From Planctomycetota bacterium (GTDB lineage: Bacteria; Planctomycetota; SZUA-567; H5-PLA8), in NCBI GenBank assembly GCA_045863855.1, contig BTVV01000038.1, positions 1 to 50,206 of the forward strand: a stretch of 50,206 bases of DNA, written 5' to 3'. This document shows, piece after piece, positions 26,791 through 35,334 of this stretch. The position numbers and the translations under genes are program-made. Each line of letters begins with the position of its first letter. Positions within the stretch are counted from its first letter, which is position 1. The notes below the pieces were generated by a model that was given only the letters and a program-made list of their open reading frames with translations, had not been told where the DNA came from and ran no database searches.

Positions 26791-29700
26791 ATGCGAATCG
26801 GACTGGCGCTGATGTGTGGGTTGGCCGTGATGGCGGTTGCGCACGGCGGCGAAGCGTATTCGTGGGCGACGGCGCACGCGGAGACGACGGCGAGCGGCGA
26901 TTTGAAGTGGACGCCGGCGGCGTACCGCTTCGAGGCCGGCGCGTCGGTGAAGTACATCGATTACGCGGGTGGCGACGACACGGCGGCGGGGACGAAAGAC
27001 GCCCCTTGGAAGCACCACCCCTGGGATCCACAGGCGGCGGGGCAGTCGAAGGCGTGCACGGGGATTCACACGTACGTCTTCAAGCGCGGGGTGGTGTATC
27101 GCGGCGAACTTCGGAACGCTCAGTCGGGCGAGACGGGGAATCCCATGCGCTTGACGAGCGATCCGAACTGGGGCCAGGGCGAGGCGGTGATCTGCGGTTC
27201 GGAGCAGGTGAAGAATTGGAAGCAGGGCGAGGCGCACGCGGAGATCCCGGACGGGGCGAAGGTCTGGCACGCGGACTTGGATTACCTGCCGCGGAACGTT
27301 TGGCTGGTGGAAGGCGAGAAGATCACGCGGCTGAATCTGGCGCGCATTCCGAACTGGAAGGTAAGCAATCCCGAAGACGTGATGAGCGAATGGTGGGAAT
27401 GGGAGCAGCCGGAGTGGTGGAAGGATCTGAACAAGACCACGGTGAACAAGCGCGAGATGCATCTGGGGATCGACAAGAAGAACCTCACGCAGGACGCGAA
27501 GTTCTACGAAGGCGCGATCGTGCGCAGCGAGTGGGGCATCGTGATGGGCACGCCGTACCCGACGAAGGTGGAGTCGTTCGACGCGGCGAAGAAGGGGATC
27601 GCGTTCCAGGGACCGTGGTTCGGGACGAGCGGGAAGATCATCACGGCGAACCGCTACTACCTGGAGGACAAGCCGAACTTTCTGGACGAGGCGGGCGAGT
27701 TCTGGTTCGAGCGGAAGGGCGAGGGTGGGCGGCTGTACGCTCGGATGCCGGGCGATGCCGATCCGAACGGCTTGCAGGTGGAAGTGGGTAAGCGCTACGA
27801 GATGATTCTGGACCCGGCGGCTTCGGAAGCTCCGGACCGGATGGACATCTTCCCGGAAGAACAGAAGGCGAAGATGAATGTGACGGGCGTGAAGCACTTG
27901 GAGGTATCGGGGCTGACGTTCCGCTTCACGAACACGTGGTGGGACCTGGAGCATCCGGAGTGGATGCATAAGTGCGTGCCGAATGCATGCATTCGCCTGC
28001 GCGGTTCGTGCGACGACGTGACGATCCGGCACTGCTCGTTCGAGCATGTCGGGCGTGGTGTGTCGGTGGCGGGGATCGAAGGGCGCTGCGCGACCGGGAC
28101 GGTGACGGTGAGCGACAGTTCGTTCCGGTACACGGACCTGGGGGCGGTGCTGCTTTCGAGAGGGTCGGGGACCTTCGAGAAGGCGCTGGTGCTGCGCAAC
28201 AACTTCGAGATGGTGGGGCAGCGCCCGCACCGCCAGGACCACGGGCATAACGTGCAGGTGAACTTCGCGGTGGAGCAGGAAGTCGCGGGGAACATCATGC
28301 ACCGCTGCTACGGATCGGGGATCTTCGTCTTCGGCGGGAAGCAGGGCGGGCAGAGCGGCGAGAGCCCGCTCTCGCGCGTGCTGATTCATCACAACAAGGT
28401 GGTGGATTCGCTGCTGGCGGCGAACGACTGGGGCGGGATCGAGACGTGGCAGGGCGGACCGTTCTACCTCTACAACAACATTTCGGGGAACCCCGGCGGG
28501 TTTTGGAACTGGAACGCGGTGAAGGGCAAGAACGCCCGGCTGGGCTTCGCGTACTACCACGACGGGGCGTTCAAGAACTACAACTTCAACAACATCGCGT
28601 GGGGCAAGTCGAGCGATCCGAACAGCCCGCTTTGCGCGGCGGTGGCGTATTACGAAGCGGTGCCGACGGTGCAGAATTCGTTCTTCCAGAACACGATCTA
28701 CCGCTTTCGGGAGTCTTCGAACTGGTCGCCGCGCGGGGGCTACCACAAGTGGATCGGGAATGTGTACGAGGACATCAGCAGCTACGTCTTCGCGCACGGA
28801 AAACTGAAGGAAGACAAGGGCGAGGCGGCGAACGAGCATCCGCACGAGACGAATGCGTTCGCGCGAAATGTCTTCCACAAGACATCGAACGAGTTCGCGA
28901 TCTTCGAGCAGAAGGCACGAAAACTCGAGAGCTTCGCGGCATTCCAGTCGGCGCTGGCGGAGCGAAAGGCGATGGCCTCGTCGCTGGGGGTGGAGTCGAC
29001 GGCTCCGGTGCTGAAGGATCCGGCTAACTTCGATTTCAGTCCGGCGCCGGGTTCGGCGGCGATCGACGCGGGCGCGAAGTATTTCGTTCCGTGGAGCCTG
29101 TACGGCGTGGTGGCCGAGTGGAATTTCGTGCCGGCGGGGAACGATCCGGGCGTCATTCTGGACGAGCACTGGTACATGACGGAGTACGACCTGGACCGGC
29201 ACGACTATCATTCGAAGCATCCGCGCTATCCGCTTAAGGTCGCAGGCGCGTCGGCCGCGGATTACGAGACGGGTGCGCTGGAGGACTGGGCTCCGGGCGC
29301 GCTGAAGCTGAACGGGAAGGACCGCTTCGCGGCGGCGGCGCACGCGGATATGACCAAGCCGTTCGCTGTGAAGAAGACGGTGGGGAAAGGCAAGAATCAG
29401 AAGACGGTGGACGAGACCTACGAGGGGGAGCGGCTGAAGACGCCGGACATCCATAAATCGAACTTCCTGATCGAGGCGTACTTCAAGATCGACGCGGATA
29501 CGGGCGCCGGAGTGCTGGTGCGCAAGCGCGCGGAGCGCGGCTATGCGCTGGAGACGGGCGCCGACGGGAAGCTGGTCTTCGCGGCACAGAGCGAGTCGGC
29601 GACGTTCCAGATCAAGAGCAGCGTGAAGGTGAACGACGGGAAGTGGCACCACGCGGTGGCCGAATCGGACCGCGCGGCGAAGACGCTGACGCTGTATCTG

Positions 29701-29976
29701 AACGGCAAGAAAGATGCCGAGGGCGAAGGTCCGGACGCAGGCGCTGCGCTGAACAACGGCGCGGACTTGTACGTGGGCGGGACGCCGAAGGGCGAGTGCC
29801 TGAGCGGCGCGGTGGACTTCGTGCGCATCGCTCACGGGACGCTGAAGGACGCGCGGACGAATATCGCGGAGCTGTACGCGTGGCAGTTCGACGGGCCGTT
29901 CCTGCGCGATTTCACGGGGCGCAAGCCGACGGGGAAGGCGCGGGACGCGGGGGCGGTGGAGTTCGCGGGGGAGTAG
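26791..29976 (+). CDS. Large secreted right-handed beta-helix protein with C-terminal LamG-like jellyroll
   Basis: Signal peptide; GDD..AGTKDAPW; LDEAGEFWF; Asn-rich beta-helix repeats; DFSPAPGSAAIDAG; VNDGKWHHAV...LYLNGK; ends DAGAVEF. Confidence 0.8.
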   Translation: MRIGLALMCGLAVMAVAHGGEAYSWATAHAETTASGDLKWTPAAYRFEAGASVKYIDYAGGDDTAAGTKDAPWKHHPWDPQAAGQSKACTGIHTYVFKRGVVYRGELRNAQSGETGNPMRLTSDPNWGQGEAVICGSEQVKNWKQGEAHAEIPDGAKVWHADLDYLPRNVWLVEGEKITRLNLARIPNWKVSNPEDVMSEWWEWEQPEWWKDLNKTTVNKREMHLGIDKKNLTQDAKFYEGAIVRSEWGIVMGTPYPTKVESFDAAKKGIAFQGPWFGTSGKIITANRYYLEDKPNFLDEAGEFWFERKGEGGRLYARMPGDADPNGLQVEVGKRYEMILDPAASEAPDRMDIFPEEQKAKMNVTGVKHLEVSGLTFRFTNTWWDLEHPEWMHKCVPNACIRLRGSCDDVTIRHCSFEHVGRGVSVAGIEGRCATGTVTVSDSSFRYTDLGAVLLSRGSGTFEKALVLRNNFEMVGQRPHRQDHGHNVQVNFAVEQEVAGNIMHRCYGSGIFVFGGKQGGQSGESPLSRVLIHHNKVVDSLLAANDWGGIETWQGGPFYLYNNISGNPGGFWNWNAVKGKNARLGFAYYHDGAFKNYNFNNIAWGKSSDPNSPLCAAVAYYEAVPTVQNSFFQNTIYRFRESSNWSPRGGYHKWIGNVYEDISSYVFAHGKLKEDKGEAANEHPHETNAFARNVFHKTSNEFAIFEQKARKLESFAAFQSALAERKAMASSLGVESTAPVLKDPANFDFSPAPGSAAIDAGAKYFVPWSLYGVVAEWNFVPAGNDPGVILDEHWYMTEYDLDRHDYHSKHPRYPLKVAGASAADYETGALEDWAPGALKLNGKDRFAAAAHADMTKPFAVKKTVGKGKNQKTVDETYEGERLKTPDIHKSNFLIEAYFKIDADTGAGVLVRKRAERGYALETGADGKLVFAAQSESATFQIKSSVKVNDGKWHHAVAESDRAAKTLTLYLNGKKDAEGEGPDAGAALNNGADLYVGGTPKGECLSGAVDFVRIAHGTLKDARTNIAELYAWQFDGPFLRDFTGRKPTGKARDAGAVEFAGE

Positions 29977-30009
29977 GTTCGGATGGGAGCAGGCGCGGCG
30001 TGAAGGCGG

Positions 30010-33000
30010 CTATTTTTCGAGGGTGCCGATACCGTTGAGCTGGAAGGCGGCCCAGTGGGCGGGGGTGCGGTCGTCCTTGACGAAGGCGCGCTGCGCGGCG
30101 CAGAGCGCGCCGACGGGATCGCGCGGGCTGCCTTTTAATTTCTCGTAGAAAATCTTCATCAAATCGGTAGTGGCGTCGTTTTCGACCTCCCAGAGCGTGC
30201 CGATCACGTTGGGCACGCCGGCGTGCTGGAAGGCTCGTGTGACCCCTACGACTTCGTCGCCGCTGCCTTCTCCGCCGATGCTGCTTACGCAAGCGCTGAG
30301 GACGACGAGTCCGGTATGGGGCAGCTTGTACTCGTAGATTTCCTCGGCGGGCACGCGGCCGTCGTGGTCGATGCGGGCAAAGAGGTGGATGCCCGACTGC
30401 GAGGGCACGAGCGGATCGAAGGAGCCGTGCGAGGAGACGTGGAGGATGCCGGCTTCGGGCGCGGCTTCGCGGAACTTCGCGGCGGTGGCGTCGCGTTCGA
30501 GGAAGAAGCGGGCTTTGGGGAAGGAACGCGCGATTTGCCCGGTTTCGCTGCGGTAAAAAGGCGAGTTGGGATCGAGCGAGATGAGCGCGTCGAAGGCAAT
30601 GAGGGAATCGGCGGGTTCGAAGGTGAGACGCTTGCGCGCGGCGTAGACGCTGGCGCTGGGCGCGTAAAACGGTTCGTAGTGCTGGATCAGGAAGCCGCTG
30701 CCGTCGTTGAGCGCCTGGAAGGGGAGGTAGTGCAGGGCCTGGTGGGGTACGATGCAGACGCGCTTCGCGCTGCCGAGTCCGCCTTCGAGCGGGCCCCAGA
30801 GGCGGCGGTGGAGTTCCTGGGCGATCGGTTTCCAGTCGCCCTGGCGCTTGGCTTCCGCGCGGAGGTGTTCGGGCAACTGTTCGAGTTGCCGGCTGTCGGC
30901 GAGGATCGCGAGGCGCAGGGCGACGATTTTGTCGCGCAGTTCGGCCTGCTTGAAGGGCAGGCTGCGGCGCTGGAATTTATCCTTGGTGACGGTCCATGCG
31001 AGGATGTCGTGTTCGCGCAGGAAGTACACGGCGAAGGCCAGATCGTCGCCGCAGAGCGCCTGGAGTTCCTTGACGGAGGCGAAGGGCGTGGCGGCGGCTT
31101 GCGCGTTCTGGCCCAGGCTGTCGAGGAGGCTGCGGGCACGGGCGCGTTCGGCCCATAGGAACGCGGCTTCCTCGTCGCCTTGCGCGACGGCGAGCGAGAC
31201 GGCGAGTTCGTAGGCTTCGTACTTGTTGTCGCCGGTGGAGAGGCGGCTGTGGTAATCGCGCAGGCTGGCGCGCTGGCTTTCGATCAAATCGAGTGCTTCG
31301 TAGAGCCCCTGGCGCGCGGCTTCGGGCTTCATCTGCTTGTACGCTGACTTGGCGACTCCGACGCGCCATTTCCAGGCAAACTCCTGGTTCTTGGTCTGGG
31401 CGGCGGCTTCGCCGGCCTTGCGGTAGGCGGCTTCGGCTTTACCGGGCTGGCCGAGTTCGAGGTGGCAGCGCCCGACTTCGAGCCAGGCCAGGGGCGTGTC
31501 GGGATGCGCCGCTCCGGCGAGGGCTTTTTCTAGAATCGGGATCGCGTCGGCCTGGCGTCCCTTGCGGCTGAGGCAGAGCCCCAGGTGAAACCAGGCGGTT
31601 CCGATTTCGGCCGCGCCGACCTGGAGGCGGTCGAGCCGTTCGGCTTCCTCGCGCAGGCCTTCTTCGATGCGCGCGTCTTCGACACCCAACTGTCCGGCCA
31701 CGACGATGAGATCCCGCGCGGAGCGGTATTCGAGGAGCGAGAGGCGGTTGGCGTTGGCGTGGTCGAAGGCCTGGCGATGGCGGCGGAGGGCTTCGGGAAG
31801 ATTGCCGAGGGAGGCGTAAAGCTGTCCGAGGCGATGGTGGGCGGAGGCGAGGAGGTGCGGATTCTTGCGCGCTTCGGCGAGTTTGACGGTTTCGAGACCG
31901 GTGCCGCCGAGGGCTTCGAGGTTGCCGGCGAAGCGCGCGGCGTCGGCGAGGTTCCAGAGCGCGTGGAGCAGAAGCTTATGGTCCTTGTCCTTGCGCGCGC
32001 GTTCGGCGGCGAGGCGAGCCAGCGCGAGAGCGCGCTGGGGATCGGCGTTCGCGGCGTCTTCGCGGGCGCAAAGGCTGCGCAGGATCAGGGCGGCGGCGGG
32101 CGCGGCGGCGGCGTTGGCGGGATCGGCGGCTTCAAGCAGCGCGGCGGGCGGCGCGGCCGAGGGGCGGCCCTGTTTCCAGGCTTCGACGAGCGCCTGAGAC
32201 TGGGCCTCGGTGAAATAGGGCCAGAGCTTGTCGATCGCGGGCAAGCTTGCTCCGGAGCGGAGCGTTTCGAGGAGCGCGGCGTGTAGGACGCCGCCGGTTT
32301 TGCTCCAGGCGTCGTACGATAGATCGGCCGGAGCGTAGGCGCAGAGTTCGAGGCAGGCCGCGACGGTGGGTTCGAGCGCGCGGTCGAGTTCGAGCTTCTG
32401 GAGCATGCGTTCGGCTTGGCAGCCCAGGTGGGCGACGGTGTGGTCGAGAGATTCGGGGTAGAGTTCGGCGATTTTGGCGAGGTGCGGTTCGGATTCGTTC
32501 CAGCGGCCGAGTCTGGCGAGCCCGACAGCGTAGATGATGCGCATGTCGGAGACGAGATCGGCTCCGTAATGCCGTGCGCGGTCGACGTAGGGGAGCGCGA
32601 TCTCGGGGAAGCCGAGGCCGGCCCAGGCGCGCGCGGTATCGAGGAGGCGTTCGCGGCGTTCGTCGTTGGTCATGCCGGGATGGTCGAGCTTGGCGTTGAG
32701 CGGGGCGATGGCCTCGAGGACGCGATCGGGTAGCCGTTCGTTCTGGCTCTGCCGGACGGGGAAGATCGTGAGCGGTCCCAAGCCGTCGCCTTCGAAGCTG
32801 GCGGGCAGCATATAAGGATGCGCGCCGCCGGCGTGCGTGGGGGCTGCGCCGGAAGCCGGTTGGGGCGTGCGCAGTTTCAGGGCCAGCCAACCGACGGCCA
32901 GCAGGACGACGAAGGCGGCTGCGACGACGAGCAGCGTTTTGGGACTGCGCTTGGCGTGAACCAGCGGGACGGGCCGGCCGGCGGCGGCGGGCGGAGGAGC

Positions 33001-33456
33001 GGGCGGCGCGGAGCGGAAACCGCCTTGGGGCACCGCGACTTTGCGCGCGGCTTCGGGCGGCGTATCGGCCGGCACGTTGGATTCCGCCGGAGCGGGCGCG
33101 GGCACGGCCTTCGACGGCCGGGACGCTTGCGCGGCGGGCGGCGGTACCGGGGGCAGCGGAGCCGAAGGGCGCGGGACGGGAACTTGCGTCCCGCTACTGG
33201 CGCGTTTGGCGGAGGGCGGCGGCGGCACAGGGATGCGCTCGGAGGGGCGCTTGGCGCTGCCGGGAAGCTGGCCGGGGACGACGGGATCGCCGAGCGTGGG
33301 CTCGATCTCTTTGAATGGGCGCCAATCGGGCATGCCCTTTTTCCAGCAGGGCGTTTCGGGCGGCAGTTGACCCATGACCCAGAGCCGGCGCAGTTCCGCG
33401 CCATCAACCGGACCCTGCTGCTGGCCTTGGACGACGAAATGCCATTCTCGCGGCAT
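30010..33456 (-). CDS. GYF_2 (DUF4339) - Pro-rich - TM - TPR - CHAT (caspase-like) protein
   Basis: WHFVVQGQQQGPV...WKKGMPDWRP; TM LLVVAAAFVVLLAVGWL; TPRs; AERARARSLLD; IVPHQALHYLPFQAL; catalytic LHVSSHG and LVVLSAC; HWAAF. Confidence 0.9.
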   Translation of the reverse strand: MPREWHFVVQGQQQGPVDGAELRRLWVMGQLPPETPCWKKGMPDWRPFKEIEPTLGDPVVPGQLPGSAKRPSERIPVPPPPSAKRASSGTQVPVPRPSAPLPPVPPPAAQASRPSKAVPAPAPAESNVPADTPPEAARKVAVPQGGFRSAPPAPPPAAAGRPVPLVHAKRSPKTLLVVAAAFVVLLAVGWLALKLRTPQPASGAAPTHAGGAHPYMLPASFEGDGLGPLTIFPVRQSQNERLPDRVLEAIAPLNAKLDHPGMTNDERRERLLDTARAWAGLGFPEIALPYVDRARHYGADLVSDMRIIYAVGLARLGRWNESEPHLAKIAELYPESLDHTVAHLGCQAERMLQKLELDRALEPTVAACLELCAYAPADLSYDAWSKTGGVLHAALLETLRSGASLPAIDKLWPYFTEAQSQALVEAWKQGRPSAAPPAALLEAADPANAAAAPAAALILRSLCAREDAANADPQRALALARLAAERARKDKDHKLLLHALWNLADAARFAGNLEALGGTGLETVKLAEARKNPHLLASAHHRLGQLYASLGNLPEALRRHRQAFDHANANRLSLLEYRSARDLIVVAGQLGVEDARIEEGLREEAERLDRLQVGAAEIGTAWFHLGLCLSRKGRQADAIPILEKALAGAAHPDTPLAWLEVGRCHLELGQPGKAEAAYRKAGEAAAQTKNQEFAWKWRVGVAKSAYKQMKPEAARQGLYEALDLIESQRASLRDYHSRLSTGDNKYEAYELAVSLAVAQGDEEAAFLWAERARARSLLDSLGQNAQAAATPFASVKELQALCGDDLAFAVYFLREHDILAWTVTKDKFQRRSLPFKQAELRDKIVALRLAILADSRQLEQLPEHLRAEAKRQGDWKPIAQELHRRLWGPLEGGLGSAKRVCIVPHQALHYLPFQALNDGSGFLIQHYEPFYAPSASVYAARKRLTFEPADSLIAFDALISLDPNSPFYRSETGQIARSFPKARFFLERDATAAKFREAAPEAGILHVSSHGSFDPLVPSQSGIHLFARIDHDGRVPAEEIYEYKLPHTGLVVLSACVSSIGGEGSGDEVVGVTRAFQHAGVPNVIGTLWEVENDATTDLMKIFYEKLKGSPRDPVGALCAAQRAFVKDDRTPAHWAAFQLNGIGTLEK

Positions 33457-33568
33457 ACGTGGGTAATCTTCCAGCCTGTTACCTGATGATGGTACCTTAC
33501 GGCGCTTAGAAAACGAGAGGCTGCACAGGTGAAGGTGGCGATTTTTTCGCTAATCCACGGCTCGAGTG

Positions 33569-35170
33569 TCAGGCACTTTCTTTTTGCGCGCCGGCCGGGG
33601 CTTCGGAGGCGGCGGGCTCCGGGGTGGCGGTCTCGACGAGGTGGCGTTCGCCGAGCATCTTCAGATAAAGGAGTAGCTTGGTGAACATGACGACGGGATG
33701 GACGCCAAGTTCGGCGCAGAGTTCGGCAAGGACCTGAGCGACGGTGGGACCGTGGGCGAGTTTTTCCCAGACCTTGCGGCCGATGGGGTCGAGGGCGAGG
33801 CGGCGGTGGAAGACTTCGGCCGGGCGTCCGCCGCGCAGGAGCGTGACGAACATGCCGGAGCCGCCTTGCACGGGGTAGACGAGGGAAGCGGTTTCGTCCT
33901 TGAGGCTGGGCTCGAAGCGGACTTCGTCACGGGTGCGGACGCGGAAGCGGAGCTGCTTGCGGCGCAGGTCGACGGCACTGAGTTTTTCTTTCTTGGCGGG
34001 AATGGGTTCGCCCTTGGCGTCGTCGTCGCTTTTGAGTCCGGCCTCGGCGTAAACGAAGGGCCGCCAATCGACGGGTTGCTGGTCGGGCAAGGCGTGGCAG
34101 GACATGCGCTCGGTGAGCGCGCGCAATTCGGCTTCGGCATCGGCGTCGCCCTTACGGACGCAGAGGGCGAAGAGGGCGCGCGCTTCGGTGCAAGTCCAAG
34201 CCAATCCTGCGGCTCCGCCGGACCAGCGCCGGCCGAGCTTGCGGAGGATCCAGTCGCCGCCGCGAATGTGGGCGCGGCGGCGTTCGAGGTACAGGCCGGC
34301 TTTGTGAGCGTGGACGGCGTCGTCGGCGGTGCGGCCGTGCTTGCCTGCGGCCTTCTCGATGCCGGGTCCGAAGATGCGCGGCGGTCCGGTCATCTCGCGG
34401 GAGACGGGGTCGGTGACTTCACCGCGGTCAAAGAGAACTTTCATCAGGCGGGTCTGGAGTTCGGTTTCGTCGATCTGGGCGCGGTGCTGTTCGGCCATGC
34501 CGAGCCGGGCGAGTGTGACTTTGCATGCGGGCGAGGCGAATTCGGCGTGGACTTGGGCTTCGCCGAGGCGCAAGCCGAGGAGATCGTAGCCCGCGGGGAG
34601 TTCGACCTGAAGCCCGGCGAGGGCGAAGCGGATGGGGTCTTTGGCGGAGTAGAGCTTGAACGAGCGCAGGACGCGCTTGGCGGTGCGGATCGGATCTTCG
34701 TCGCCGGTGGGGCAGAGCGCGGCGGCAACGTACGCGCGGCGGCCTTCGGCGGCGAGGCTGAGGACGGACATGCATCCGCGCTGGCCGTTCCAGAGGTATT
34801 CGCAGGCGGTGCCGTCGGCCTTGGCACCGAGGAAATCGCTTAACGTCCGGGGTTCGCCTTTCCACTCGATGGTGACGCCGGTCTGCTTGGCCTGCTTTTC
34901 GGCGGCGGCGCGTTCGCGCTTCCAGGCGGCGGCGAGGCGCTTCTCGACGCTTGCGGGCGATTCGTTGGCGTCGCTCGGGAGCCACATCCAGTTGAGTTCG
35001 AGGGGGGTGCCGGTGAGCGTTTCCCAGCGCAGATGCGCGGAGCGTTCGGTCCAGTTGGCGAGGTTGGGCTGCCAGGCGAGGGGGGTCTCGAGGCTGAGCG
35101 GCGGTACGGCGCAGCGGGTCCAGACGGTGCGGGCGTCGGCGGGCCGCGGCGTGGAAGGGGCTTCGGGCAT
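33569..35170 (-). CDS. Hypothetical protein with C-terminal PqqD/RRE-like winged-helix domain
   Basis: The C-terminal RRLALDPIGRKVWEKLAHGPTVAQVLAELCAEL...YLKMLGERHLV resembles PqqD. The N-terminal ~400 aa are unrecognised. Confidence 0.65.
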   Translation of the reverse strand: MPEAPSTPRPADARTVWTRCAVPPLSLETPLAWQPNLANWTERSAHLRWETLTGTPLELNWMWLPSDANESPASVEKRLAAAWKRERAAAEKQAKQTGVTIEWKGEPRTLSDFLGAKADGTACEYLWNGQRGCMSVLSLAAEGRRAYVAAALCPTGDEDPIRTAKRVLRSFKLYSAKDPIRFALAGLQVELPAGYDLLGLRLGEAQVHAEFASPACKVTLARLGMAEQHRAQIDETELQTRLMKVLFDRGEVTDPVSREMTGPPRIFGPGIEKAAGKHGRTADDAVHAHKAGLYLERRRAHIRGGDWILRKLGRRWSGGAAGLAWTCTEARALFALCVRKGDADAEAELRALTERMSCHALPDQQPVDWRPFVYAEAGLKSDDDAKGEPIPAKKEKLSAVDLRRKQLRFRVRTRDEVRFEPSLKDETASLVYPVQGGSGMFVTLLRGGRPAEVFHRRLALDPIGRKVWEKLAHGPTVAQVLAELCAELGVHPVVMFTKLLLYLKMLGERHLVETATPEPAASEAPAGAQKESA

Positions 35171-35334
35171 GACGTTCTTTACAGCGGGAAACGGGAAAAT
35201 TCAAATACAGGGGAGGAGGGAGTTCGAAGGTCAACATCGAACGGCAGGCGGGAAAGGGTAACCATCAAACGCCAAGAACGAAACAAACTTCAAACGGCTA
35301 AAGGTCAAAGGGCAAACAGGGCTGCGGCAGGGGA

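Noticed and set aside
26671..29835. 1054-aa antisense ORF
   Set aside because: It is a shadow of the + strand beta-helix gene. High-GC codon bias removes antisense stops, and the R/L/V-rich translation has no motifs.
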